A stretch of DNA of 25,672 nt from a virus (lineage: Duplodnaviria; Caudoviricetes). The stretch spans positions 1 to 25,672 of IMG/VR virus record IMGVR_UViG_3300011442_000027, one strand, 5' to 3'. The notes under the pieces were generated by a model. The model had not been told where the DNA came from and did not search any database. It saw only the letters and a list, made by a program, of their open reading frames with translations. Shown piece by piece: positions 1-9,427 of the stretch; position 1 is the stretch's first letter, and every line of letters starts with the position of its first letter. A program made the translations under genes and the position numbers.

Positions 1-549
1 CCATCTGCGATTGGCGGTGTCGGTGGTAGCCCTGTCGCTGGCGGCACGGGCGGGAGCGGTGCCGGTGGAGCAAGCGTAGCGAACCCCGGCACCTCGGCGT
101 CGAGTGGCACGGGAGCAAATGGTGGTAATGGCCCCGGTGGGTCTGGCGGCGGATCATCGCCCGGCGCTGCGGGCACGGCTGGCACTGGCGGCGGCGGCGC
201 AGGAAGATCGGCTGTCGCGTCGGGGTCAGCCGGGACAGGCGGCGCGGGATCGAGCTACACAACAAGCGGCCCTTGGGACTCGACGCACGGTCCCGGCGCT
301 GGCGGTGGCGGTGGGGGTCAGGTTACAGGAAACAGCGGCAGCGAAACCAGTAATGGCGGCGCTGGCGGTCTTTACGGCGGTGGCGGTGGCGGTGCTGGCG
401 GTTTGCGCGGATCGGGGTCGCAGACTGCGGGTTCGGGGCAAACCGGCCTTGTCGTCATCACATACACGCCAGCTTCAACTTTTACATTTTTCGGATTTGG
501 ATATTGGGAAGCGCAGCCACGGAAGATAGTGGCGGTGTCGTATGGCTAA
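1..549 (+). CDS. Glycine-rich tail fibre/appendage protein, C-terminal part (5' partial)
   Basis: Frame +1 is open from base 1 to TAA 547-549 (absent from the ORF track because it has no start): ...GGAGGLYGGGGGGAGG...GSGQTGLVVITYTP...WEAQPRKIVAVSYG*. GG-x-YGGGGGG and G-x-VVITY are typical of phage Gly-rich domains. It overlaps the next ATG (542) by 8 nt. Confidence 0.85.
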   Translation, partial: PSAIGGVGGSPVAGGTGGSGAGGASVANPGTSASSGTGANGGNGPGGSGGGSSPGAAGTAGTGGGGAGRSAVASGSAGTGGAGSSYTTSGPWDSTHGPGAGGGGGGQVTGNSGSETSNGGAGGLYGGGGGGAGGLRGSGSQTAGSGQTGLVVITYTPASTFTFFGFGYWEAQPRKIVAVSYG

Positions 550-3025
550 TATTGTCCTATTCCAATATCAGGCCCACACCGAGCCCGTCTCCACGCTACC
601 GGAGACGGTGACGGAGAGCCGTTGGCATCAGCCGTGGTCTGAGCCGAAGAGGGTTGCTCAAACGGTAATTGCCGTAGCTCTGATTGCCTCAGGGCTATTC
701 TCTCCGGTTATCCAGCCGCCAGCCGAAGTCATCAACGCCGACAAGTGGTTTGCCCAGTTTAGAGAACCGGTGCGGGTCAAGCCGGGACTTCACGCTTCTC
801 TACAGTACAACCCAAACTTTACAGCAAGCCCAGACCCTGCGGATGATCTGTCGTCGGCTTGGCGTGGTCCATTTAACCAACCGTATCGCGTCAACAATTT
901 TCATGTCTCAAAGGCCCCGTTCCTTGCTTATACACCGCAACCTGACCCTGCGGATGACCTGTCTGCGGCTTGGATTGGAAGATTTACTGATCCTCCGGCC
1001 CGCAAAATCTTCCCGGCTTACCAGCAAGCTGCACTGTTCTTTGTTGCTCCGTCTGGCGAAGTCACCAGCGCCGACAAATGGTTTGCTCAATTCCGCGACC
1101 CTGTCCGCAGGGTAGCAGCGGCTACAAGGTCCGAGCAATTATCGGTTGATACTGATCCTGTAGTCACCTTCAGTTGGTTTGGTCAGCTTCGCGATCCTAC
1201 GCGCAGAATAGCTACCGCAACTAGGTATGAGCAGCCGTCTTGGTCGCTATTCCAAACGGAAGTACGGGACATTGGCTGGTTCAGCCCGCTGTCCGCTCCC
1301 ACCTTGCCAAAAAGCAGGATGGCGGCGCTTTCCACCAGATACCAATTTATCAACGCCAACTATCGGATGGCTTGGTATCAAGACCTATCCAAGCCCACGC
1401 TCCGCGTTCGCTGGACGCCAACAGACCAACAGTCCTATCCATACTTCCAACAGCCTACTGTTGCGCCTGATTTTGGCTGGTTTAACGGTCTTTCTGAGCC
1501 GAAGAAGCTTAAGGCCAAGTTTGTTGCTGCCGATCATGAATTCGAGAATGCATTTACTGCGCTAACATTCACTATTGATTGGCATGCGGAGCTTTCGAGG
1601 CCAACGCTTCGTGTCCGCCCAACCCCGACCGACCAGCAATTCTACCCTTACTTCCCTCAACCCAACGCGGTGGTGGTTGATTTCGGCTGGTTCAAGGGTC
1701 TTCAGGACCCGACAAGAAGACTTACTAGGCCTATCCCCGATCAGTATATTGGCTATCCACCAATCACAGCGTCGTTCAGTTGGTTTAGCGAACTTCGCGA
1801 CCCGGTGCGTCGGATCAAGCCGACGCCGACTGACCAACAATCGTATCCCTACTTCCCGCAGCCCACTGGGGAGGTGCAGCTTGGTTGGTTTGGGTGGCTT
1901 AGTAATCCAACCTTGCGGAAAACTAGGCCGCTTGAGCCGCACTTCTTCTCTCAGCCGCTGCCGCTGATCGTCTCCTATAGCTGGTTCGGGGAGTTGCGCG
2001 ATCCTGTCCGCAGGATCAGGCCAACTCCGACCGACCAGCAGTTCTACCCCTATTTCCCGCAGCCCAACGTGGAGACTTCGTTCGGCTGGTTTGCTAGCCT
2101 GTCCGATCCTTCTCGCCGCAAGCCCGATGTTGGTCCCGCTATGCGGGTCCGTTACCAATTCATTTCGTCGGCAGGCAGGTCAAGTTGGTTTAGGCCGCTG
2201 TCGGAGCCAACCCGTCGCATCACCAGCTACGATTTGCTGCGAGACAACGCCGACTGGGTTGCTGTCTCGACTGTGATGCCTTGGTTCGGCCTATTGAGCG
2301 AACCAAAGCGGTTCAAGCGGGAAATTGGACGGGGGGCAGACTTCGCATTCTCCCCGTTCCCGATCCCGCAGACCTTCACCCCGGGGTGGACCCAGCCGTG
2401 GCCTGAATTGGTCAGAAGGAAGCCTTCGGTCCTACAGCCATATTATGCCATATCTCTGTTCCCGCCGACGCCGTCTTTTGGCTGGTACGGAAACCTTAGC
2501 AATCCCGTTAGGATCAAGCCTCGCGTCAAGTGGCTTGACGAGCAGTCCTTCCAGTTCCCGTTCGTCCCGACGCCCGGTTCTTGGTGGTCGCCGTGGCGCG
2601 AGCCGACGCCACCGAAGCGCCGTAATCCGTTCTTCCAGCCTGTCATATTTACGCCGACGCCGCCGATCATCCCGTCCTTTGGATGGTACGGCAGCTTGGC
2701 AATACCGGTTCGGAAGCCGCCCAAGGTCTGGGAGGGCCAGTATCAGGCTTGGGAACCGAAGACGATCAATTTTGAGCACCTTGGGTACATGGCGGCCACC
2801 GAGCAGCATGACTTCTTTCTTGCTGTCCTGAGAGCCTTCAACCCACCGCTCCGGGCCTACGTAGATATCATTGAAAAAGACCCCAGATACCGGGGAAATA
2901 TGGGCATTATTGCCCCGGTCCCAGAAGACAGTATAATCGCCTCAATCGTGACGCCTGAGACGATCCCGGCTACCGGAACACCGGTCGCGGCGGTCAGAGC
3001 GAGGGTGGCTATCATCGTTTCATAG
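542..3025 (+). CDS. Trp/Pro/Arg-rich tandem-repeat protein, probably virion-associated, function unknown
   Basis: 827-aa ORF coupled to both neighbours, with about 21 copies of W-[FYH]-x-x-[LFW]-x-[EDN]-P-x-R. Confidence 0.85.
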   Translation: MANIVLFQYQAHTEPVSTLPETVTESRWHQPWSEPKRVAQTVIAVALIASGLFSPVIQPPAEVINADKWFAQFREPVRVKPGLHASLQYNPNFTASPDPADDLSSAWRGPFNQPYRVNNFHVSKAPFLAYTPQPDPADDLSAAWIGRFTDPPARKIFPAYQQAALFFVAPSGEVTSADKWFAQFRDPVRRVAAATRSEQLSVDTDPVVTFSWFGQLRDPTRRIATATRYEQPSWSLFQTEVRDIGWFSPLSAPTLPKSRMAALSTRYQFINANYRMAWYQDLSKPTLRVRWTPTDQQSYPYFQQPTVAPDFGWFNGLSEPKKLKAKFVAADHEFENAFTALTFTIDWHAELSRPTLRVRPTPTDQQFYPYFPQPNAVVVDFGWFKGLQDPTRRLTRPIPDQYIGYPPITASFSWFSELRDPVRRIKPTPTDQQSYPYFPQPTGEVQLGWFGWLSNPTLRKTRPLEPHFFSQPLPLIVSYSWFGELRDPVRRIRPTPTDQQFYPYFPQPNVETSFGWFASLSDPSRRKPDVGPAMRVRYQFISSAGRSSWFRPLSEPTRRITSYDLLRDNADWVAVSTVMPWFGLLSEPKRFKREIGRGADFAFSPFPIPQTFTPGWTQPWPELVRRKPSVLQPYYAISLFPPTPSFGWYGNLSNPVRIKPRVKWLDEQSFQFPFVPTPGSWWSPWREPTPPKRRNPFFQPVIFTPTPPIIPSFGWYGSLAIPVRKPPKVWEGQYQAWEPKTINFEHLGYMAATEQHDFFLAVLRAFNPPLRAYVDIIEKDPRYRGNMGIIAPVPEDSIIASIVTPETIPATGTPVAAVRARVAIIVS
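1418..2065 (+). repeat. Four copies of a PTDQQ[SF]YPYF[QP]QP-coding unit, period about 201-207 nt
   Basis: Asp codons of the motif at 1424, 1631, 1832 and 2033. Synonymous differences between copies indicate conservation at protein level. Confidence 0.85.
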
Positions 3026-3033
3026 GGGCTGGG

Positions 3034-3315
3034 ATGACCACCAACATCAAATACGGCAATACGGCCCAGTTTGTGGCCGAATTCCTTGATGTTAACGGCA
3101 ATCTGACTATCCCGGCGGGGGGTGTCCTGAATATCGCCTATCCGGTGGGGATAACCACCGTCTCTACGTCGATCAGGATGACCCAACAGGACAGCTTTTT
3201 TACGGCTACTTGGCAGTCCAGTGTGTCTTCTCTCGGGGCCGCCTTCTGGAACATCACGGCTACCGGCTCCAGCGTTACCCAAGCCCAAGGTGATTTGAGG
3301 ATCATAACGCCATGA
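3034..3315 (+). CDS. Small beta-rich (Ig-like) hypothetical virion protein
   Basis: 93 aa, alternating hydrophobic beta pattern, GGGG SD-like run upstream, ATGA overlap with next gene. Confidence 0.75.
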   Translation: MTTNIKYGNTAQFVAEFLDVNGNLTIPAGGVLNIAYPVGITTVSTSIRMTQQDSFFTATWQSSVSSLGAAFWNITATGSSVTQAQGDLRIITP

Positions 3316-4004
3316 CACAGGTCACCAGCGGCACTTACAACTTTGCACCAAGCCTAGGAGAGGTGGTTCTGAATGCCTTCTCACGGATAGGCGTCCGCCG
3401 CACCGAGATACTCCAGACGCACCTAGATGACGCCCGGATGGAAGCCAACCTGCTTCTTGCCAAGATCAGCAACCAGCAACCCAATTTATGGACAGTGGAC
3501 CAACAGGCCCTTCCCCTCCTCCAAGGGGCCCCCACCTATACCGTTCCCTCCGAAACCGTGATGATTTTGGATGTGTTCCTCCGCTACGGAAACCCATCCA
3601 CCGACCGCTCGATGTATCCGATCAGCCGCACTGAGTATTCCACCTATCCCAACAAGGCCACGCAGGCCTTCCCAACCGTCTACTGGTTTGACCGGCTGGT
3701 TTCCCCGACGATCACGCTATGGCCGACGCCGGATGGCAACGGCCCCTACACGCTCTATTACTATCGCGTTCGTCAGGTGCAGGATGCAGAATACGAAAAT
3801 GGCCAGAACATTGAAATTCCATATCTGTGGATGGATGCTTTCACGGCTGGTTTGGCTCATCGTCTGGCTCGCATTTATGCGCCTCAAATGGAGGGTCAGC
3901 GTAAATCTGACTCCGACGAGGCGTGGGCCGTAGCGGCTACCCAAAACACTGAAAATGTCGGGATAAATATCGCTCCCGGCCTAAGCTCTTACTTCAGGAC
4001 GTAA
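3312..4004 (+). CDS. Head-to-tail adaptor / tail tubular protein A-like
   Basis: N-terminus TSGTYNFAPSLGEVVLNAFSRIG, plus ISRTEY..YPNK...P..YWFDR...ITLWPTPD, a pattern typical of podophage adaptor proteins; lies upstream of the nozzle-like gene. Confidence 0.75.
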   Translation: MTQVTSGTYNFAPSLGEVVLNAFSRIGVRRTEILQTHLDDARMEANLLLAKISNQQPNLWTVDQQALPLLQGAPTYTVPSETVMILDVFLRYGNPSTDRSMYPISRTEYSTYPNKATQAFPTVYWFDRLVSPTITLWPTPDGNGPYTLYYYRVRQVQDAEYENGQNIEIPYLWMDAFTAGLAHRLARIYAPQMEGQRKSDSDEAWAVAATQNTENVGINIAPGLSSYFRT

Positions 4005-4005
4005 A

Positions 4006-4716
4006 ATGCGCCCGCATGGAAATGCCAGTGTTAATCGTAGGCGGCCCAGAGCTTGGGCCATCTGTGATAAGTGCGGCTTTCTTTACAACAAGCATGATCT
4101 GCAATGGCAGTACGAATGGCAGGGTGCCCGCACCCAGAACACCAACCGACTGACTTGCGACAGGTGCCTTGACGATCTTCAGGAGCAGAACCGCGTCATT
4201 GTGCTGCCAGCCGACCCGCAGCCGGTGATGAACCCGAGGCCTGAGAATTACACGGCTAATAACAATCCCATCGCCTCGATTGGTACAAATATAGGTAATA
4301 TGAACCAAGCGGCAGGCGTTGCCGCAGCCTTTGACTCCAATGCCAACAAGCCGTTCTTTCTGAGTGCGGTGAGATATCAATCAACCGTAGGCCTCACCAA
4401 TACGATTGGTAAATACTGGGGAGGTCTAAACCCGAACAACCCTCTCACGGGACCGATGGTGAAGCGCATCGTTGTCAGTGCCCCATATGACGCCAAGCTG
4501 GCCGCAGCGGGTGCGGTAGCCTATGAATTCCAAGGCTCCGACGCCACAGTTGGCTTCACCACCATAACCAGCGGCGTCACCGCTGGTACCATTGGTGAGA
4601 CGCTGGATGTGAGCTTTACGCCAACAACCGGGTACCTCTATCATCAGTTTGTGTTGACCGGGGACGGTGTTTCCTCCGTCTCGGTGGCGCAACTGCAAAT
4701 CTACAGGGTGTCCTGA
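4006..4716 (+). CDS. Conserved phage protein with N-terminal CxxC...CxxC motif and C-terminal beta-sandwich-like domain
   Basis: AWAICDKCGF...LTCDRCLD...LPADPQPVMNPRPE followed by a beta-rich region starting IGNMNQAAGVAAAFD. Confidence 0.75.
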   Translation: MRPHGNASVNRRRPRAWAICDKCGFLYNKHDLQWQYEWQGARTQNTNRLTCDRCLDDLQEQNRVIVLPADPQPVMNPRPENYTANNNPIASIGTNIGNMNQAAGVAAAFDSNANKPFFLSAVRYQSTVGLTNTIGKYWGGLNPNNPLTGPMVKRIVVSAPYDAKLAAAGAVAYEFQGSDATVGFTTITSGVTAGTIGETLDVSFTPTTGYLYHQFVLTGDGVSSVSVAQLQIYRVS

Positions 4717-5429
4717 TGGCTCTTGATTATAACACCTATGTCAGCCAGATCGCCAACTTGACGGTGATTTCGTCCAACGATGTCAACTTCCAGACCATGC
4801 TGCCGGGCATGATCGACTATGCCGAGCAGCGTATCTACCGAGAGGGGGACTTTCTGGCTACCTACGTCTCCGCTGCCACAAATCTATCTTCGGCGTCGGG
4901 GGCCATAACCTATCCGACTGCGACTGGGACGTTTTTGGTTATAGACCAAATTTATGTGAGCACCTCCACCTCTACATCGGCAGTCTCCGGGACTCCGTTT
5001 CATCCTCTAACTGTCGTTTCCTTGCCGTACATAATCACAGTGTACGGCACCTCAAACAGCTACGGGTTTCCCAAATTTTTCTCTCCTTTGAACGCTATAG
5101 CCGCACAAATATCTCCAGCGCCCGATCAGGCATATCTGGCTGTAGTTTATGGCACTCAGAGGCCCACGCCGCTGTCTTCGGCCAATTCCAGCACTTACCT
5201 TACCCAATCTCTGCCTGATTTATTCATAGCAGCATCCATGATCTTTGCCTCAGGCTACATGCGTAACTTCGGTTCGCAGGCCGACGACGCCGCAATGGCG
5301 GTATCTTGGTCCAAGCAATATGACATTCTGTTCGCGTCTGCTGGCATGGAAGAACAGCGCAAGAAGTATGGCTCGCAGGGATGGCAGTCCCAGATACCCA
5401 ATCCCATTGCTACCCCGCCGAGAGTTTAG
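4716..5429 (+). CDS. Second adaptor-like (head-tail connector) protein
   Basis: MALDYNTYVSQIANL...IDYAEQRIYRE...G.PKFF...SPAPDQAY...STYLTQSLPDLFIAASM; TGATG coupling to the previous gene. Confidence 0.7.
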   Translation: MALDYNTYVSQIANLTVISSNDVNFQTMLPGMIDYAEQRIYREGDFLATYVSAATNLSSASGAITYPTATGTFLVIDQIYVSTSTSTSAVSGTPFHPLTVVSLPYIITVYGTSNSYGFPKFFSPLNAIAAQISPAPDQAYLAVVYGTQRPTPLSSANSSTYLTQSLPDLFIAASMIFASGYMRNFGSQADDAAMAVSWSKQYDILFASAGMEEQRKKYGSQGWQSQIPNPIATPPRV

Positions 5430-5432
5430 CCA

Positions 5433-7472
5433 ATGCCGATGACTTCAGTAACTCTCAGGCCGGGCGTCAACACGATGATGACGCTCTCGCAGAACGAGGC
5501 TGGCGTCTCGCAGTCCCAGCTTGTCAGATATCAGCAAGGCATGATCCAGAAGTACGGCGGTTGGGAGTCGTACTACCCAGTCGCCATTGGTTCAACCATT
5601 CGAGAACTTTGGGGATGGCAGGATAACAATAACAACAAGTTTCTCGGTATAGGTGCGACTCAATCGCTAAGTGTTATTATCTCTGGCGCTAACACAGTTA
5701 TTACGCCACAGGCCGACACCAGAGACGGCGCTCTGTTCACGGTTAGCTCTGGAAGCCAGACCGTCACCGTGACAGATGCCAATTCCAGTGCGTCTTTTTT
5801 TACTACTATCGTTTTGCAAACCCCGGTGAACGTAGGTGGCTTGGTCCTTAATGGTGTTTATCCGGTAAACTCCCCGCTTACTTCCAGCAGCTACACAATC
5901 CTGTCAAGCGTCCCGGCCATCACCACCACCACTTCCAGCGGGATTTTGCCAGTCTTGGACACGAGTTCTGGCAGCGGGACGGTCAAGGTTACACTGCCGG
6001 GGAACAATCTAACGATTGGTTCGGAAACCAATTTTCTGGCCCCGACAAGTGTCGGAGGTTTGACCATTCAAGGTGAGTACCCCGTTGTTACCGTTATCAA
6101 TTCTACCGAGTTCAATATCGGGGCGACGTTGCAGGCCAGCGCCACCGCCACCGCCGTCATGAACAACAATCAGGCCCGCATCACTTATTACTATGAGATT
6201 GGGCCGCCGTCTTTCTTGGGCTATGGCCTTGGCGGCTACGGGCTTGCTGGTTACGGGCTTGGCGTTGTCGCCACCGCTGCAACCGGAACGCCTATTACTG
6301 CCACCGACTGGACTATGGCCAATTGGGGAGAAATCCTTCTTGCGTGCCCCTTCAATGGGCCAATCTTTGGCTGGTCGCCAGAGGGCGGTGCCCAGAATGC
6401 ATCTATTATTCCCAATGCGCCTCTTATCAACGGCGGTATCTTTATTTCGCAGCCGCAGCAAATCTTGGTGGCGTGGGCCTCTACGCGAACGAATCCGGGA
6501 TTCGGATGGACGCAGGACTCGCTTATAATAAAGTGGTCTGACGCTCTGGATTTCAACAACTGGACAGTGTCTTCCCAGACTTCTGCGGGATCGTTCCATC
6601 TGCCGACCGGATCGGTCATCAGGGGCGGAATCCAGTCGGCGCAGCAGGGTATTATTTGGACCGATCTTGATTGCTGGGTGATGCAGTTCATTGGCCAGCC
6701 GCTTGTTTTCGGTTTCAGTCGTGTTGGTTCTGGCTGCGGCCTCGTTGGCCCTCATGCGATGGGAATTCTGAACGCAAATGTATACTGGATGGGGACAAGC
6801 AACTTCTTTGTATTAAGCGGAGAAGGTGTGGTGCCGCTGCCCTGCACGGTCTGGAACTTTGTCTTCCAAAACATCGACACTTCTAATTACTCAAAAGTTC
6901 GTTGCGCGGTAAACAGCTTATACAACGAGATTACTTGGTTCTTTCCGCAAAAGGGCACTGGCGGCAATACCGAGAACAATCTTTATGTAAAGTATAACAT
7001 CCTCGAAAAAGAGTGGGACTACGGCACGCTGGGGCGCTCCGCTTGGATCGACACAACGGTCCTTGGCAACCCAATAGGCTCTGAAGTCCAGAGCGCCATG
7101 ATTTTCCAGCATGAGGTTGGCTTCAATGCCGGTTCGGTAGCTATCGACGCTTCGTTCCAGACTGGCTACTGGACGATTGCTGAAGGCAATGAGATGGCAA
7201 TCGTTGACTGGATACTCCCGGATATGACGTTCATATCGGCTAATACTGGCGAAACGCCGCCAGCCACCCTTGCCATAACGTTCTATACGACCGACTATAC
7301 CGGGGGTACTCCGCAAGCTTATGGGCCGTACCAGTTCAGTTCTACTACCCAATACATCAATACCAGAATTCGCGGCAGGTTCATGTCTATGAAGATAGAG
7401 GGAGCGGACGTTAACACCTTCTGGCGCATAGGCCGTGTCAGATACCGCTATGCCTCTGACGGGAGACGGTAA
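5433..7472 (+). CDS. Tail nozzle / tail tubular protein B-like (P22 gp10-like stabilisation protein)
   Basis: 679 aa beta-propeller-like pattern (IKWSD...W, GCGLVGPHA, VYWMG, EITWFFP, WDYGTLGRSAWID) ending RIRGRFMSMKIE...DGRR; contains a Thr/Ser-rich insertion and a GYG repeat (LGYGLGGYGLAGYGLG). Confidence 0.75.
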   Translation: MPMTSVTLRPGVNTMMTLSQNEAGVSQSQLVRYQQGMIQKYGGWESYYPVAIGSTIRELWGWQDNNNNKFLGIGATQSLSVIISGANTVITPQADTRDGALFTVSSGSQTVTVTDANSSASFFTTIVLQTPVNVGGLVLNGVYPVNSPLTSSSYTILSSVPAITTTTSSGILPVLDTSSGSGTVKVTLPGNNLTIGSETNFLAPTSVGGLTIQGEYPVVTVINSTEFNIGATLQASATATAVMNNNQARITYYYEIGPPSFLGYGLGGYGLAGYGLGVVATAATGTPITATDWTMANWGEILLACPFNGPIFGWSPEGGAQNASIIPNAPLINGGIFISQPQQILVAWASTRTNPGFGWTQDSLIIKWSDALDFNNWTVSSQTSAGSFHLPTGSVIRGGIQSAQQGIIWTDLDCWVMQFIGQPLVFGFSRVGSGCGLVGPHAMGILNANVYWMGTSNFFVLSGEGVVPLPCTVWNFVFQNIDTSNYSKVRCAVNSLYNEITWFFPQKGTGGNTENNLYVKYNILEKEWDYGTLGRSAWIDTTVLGNPIGSEVQSAMIFQHEVGFNAGSVAIDASFQTGYWTIAEGNEMAIVDWILPDMTFISANTGETPPATLAITFYTTDYTGGTPQAYGPYQFSSTTQYINTRIRGRFMSMKIEGADVNTFWRIGRVRYRYASDGRR

Positions 7473-7693
7473 TGACTGCATCGCTAACAGACATCCTGAC
7501 CGGACTACAAAACGGCGTCACGGCGCTTAATGCCCTCAATAAGACCATCTCCCAAGTAATCCCGGGGGCTACGGCGCTGAGTACGACGATCCCCTCGTCT
7601 GTTGGAGCCATCACCTTTACATCAAGCCAGCCGAAGGGCTTTATCTCTGTTATAAGTTCCTCCGGATACGCCGGTAAGCTGCCGATTTATTAG
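7472..7693 (+). CDS. Small hypothetical virion protein
   Basis: 73 aa, TAATG coupling to the nozzle gene, fills the gap in the operon. Confidence 0.7.
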   Translation: MTASLTDILTGLQNGVTALNALNKTISQVIPGATALSTTIPSSVGAITFTSSQPKGFISVISSSGYAGKLPIY

Positions 7694-7702
7694 GACAGGA
7701 CC

Positions 7703-9427
7703 GTGGACAAGAAAGCCAAGGCGTTGCGGATTGCCAGAAAGGCCAGAGGCCGTTACGCCGATGGTGGTTTCGCGGCGTTCGGTACCCAAAGCCCGGCTGA
7801 AGAGGGTGAAGACCCCGCGCCCGTCTACCGAGGTATTGGCAAAGCCGTAGAGCACGCAGTCACGCTGCCTTACCGCTATGTAAAAAGCATGGTGGACGCT
7901 GGTAAGACTCAGCCCGGCTCAGAAGAAGCCCATCAGGCCTACGGCGACGTTGGCGCGACTACCGGCGAAATGGGCATGAGCATGATCGGCCCAAAGGGCG
8001 GAAGTCCTTCTACCGCAGGCGTCTTTGTCGGGCCCTACGGCGCGGTTGCGCTGCGGAATGCAGCCAAGGAAAGCGGCAATGTCGCGGCTGAAGCCGCTCT
8101 GACCCATCCAGTTGTTGGCAAGATTGTGTCGGAGGAAGCGGCCCAAACGGGGATGCCTGCGGACCTGCTAAGGCATCGCGGCATTGTCGAACAGGAGCGG
8201 CGGGATGATTTGGCGCGTGTAGCGCTGGAAGCCGGGAAGCCTGACGGCCCTATCTGGCATGGTTCCGGGTGGGAAAGAACTACCGAGGGCTCTCCGGTCA
8301 AGGAAATAGTCGATACCGGGGCGAAGCTTTTGCCTATCCCGGGGACTGATAAATTCAGGCTGGAGCACCCCGCTGGGGATTTCCACAAAGCTTACGATAT
8401 ACCGCCAATCTCCTTTGACCCGAACATGAAGGCTGGCCAGCACGGTTATACGGCTATGCGAATGTATCCGGATGGAAGAGCGGTGCCCGACTACATCGTA
8501 CTTGCTGGCAAGCCTACTCAGGCCAACGTCAAACAAAAAGTCAGCACCGCCCTACATGAGGTGCAGCACTTTATTGACTCCAGAGAAGGCCGCGTGTTCG
8601 GTGACCCCAAAGCCAATAGCAGGACTCTGGACGATCCGCTTTTTAGGCAGGAATATTTCCCGGGACAGACTAATCTTCCTTTTCAAGAAGGGGCCAATAA
8701 GTCTGTTGAAAAAATGATGAAAGACCCTAAAAAGGCCGGTAAAATTCTCGGGGCCTCAAAAGACCAAATGGCACAATCTAATGCCCTATTTCAGACTTAT
8801 TTGAACAATGTTGGAGAAACCCGGGCCAGAAACGTGCAGGACCGAAGGCTCCATTCTTACAAATATCTAGAAAAGCCAGAGTTCACAGAAGACGTATCGC
8901 GCGGGCTTCAGTGGAAAGCAGGAGGTGGTAGCGTGAGCAACTTCAATCCGGAGCGGGCGAATGCCTTTGGCCTCTCCAAACAGGGCCTGATCAAATCGTC
9001 GGTGCCGGGACGTACCGACAAGCTGAACATGGACGTGCCCTCCGGAAGCTACGTTATACCGGCAGACGTTGTTAGCGCCCGTGGACAAGGCAACACCGCA
9101 GCCGGGGCTTCCATCATGGACAAAATGTTCAACCATGGCCCTTACGGCATGGGTATACAGCGGTCCAAGGCTCCAAGGATTGGTAACAGGATGACCTCTC
9201 TCGGCAAGAGGAACAAACGAGGCTTTGCCGAGGGCGGAGATACTGGACAACCAACCCCGATTGTGGCGGCTGGCGGCGAATATGTGGTACACCCAGAAAC
9301 CGTAGCCAGTCTGGGCAATGGTGACATTAACCTTGGCCACGACATTCTTGATGCCTTTGTAAAAAACACAAGGGCGCAACACATCAGTACGCTGAAGGGG
9401 CTTAAACCGCCGAAGGGTTCTTCATGA
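7703..9427 (+). CDS. Putative internal virion protein with LPD23-like region and zincin-like HExxH motif
   Basis: GTG start with AGGA SD; SGWERTTEGSPVKEIVD (LPD23-like), STALHEVQHFID, downstream GETRARNVQ; C-terminal PGRTDKL..GSYVIPADVV and GGEYVVHPETV motifs. Confidence 0.7.
   Translation: MDKKAKALRIARKARGRYADGGFAAFGTQSPAEEGEDPAPVYRGIGKAVEHAVTLPYRYVKSMVDAGKTQPGSEEAHQAYGDVGATTGEMGMSMIGPKGGSPSTAGVFVGPYGAVALRNAAKESGNVAAEAALTHPVVGKIVSEEAAQTGMPADLLRHRGIVEQERRDDLARVALEAGKPDGPIWHGSGWERTTEGSPVKEIVDTGAKLLPIPGTDKFRLEHPAGDFHKAYDIPPISFDPNMKAGQHGYTAMRMYPDGRAVPDYIVLAGKPTQANVKQKVSTALHEVQHFIDSREGRVFGDPKANSRTLDDPLFRQEYFPGQTNLPFQEGANKSVEKMMKDPKKAGKILGASKDQMAQSNALFQTYLNNVGETRARNVQDRRLHSYKYLEKPEFTEDVSRGLQWKAGGGSVSNFNPERANAFGLSKQGLIKSSVPGRTDKLNMDVPSGSYVIPADVVSARGQGNTAAGASIMDKMFNHGPYGMGIQRSKAPRIGNRMTSLGKRNKRGFAEGGDTGQPTPIVAAGGEYVVHPETVASLGNGDINLGHDILDAFVKNTRAQHISTLKGLKPPKGSS

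Noticed and set aside
104-529. 141-aa + strand ORF from the track
   Set aside because: Off-frame shadow of the Gly-rich fibre gene in frame +1, which has recognisable motifs.
1418-2065. Regularly spaced repeats as a CRISPR array or DGR template/variable pair
   Set aside because: Copies are in frame and differ mostly at synonymous sites of all bases, not only adenines; no cas or reverse transcriptase gene in the window.
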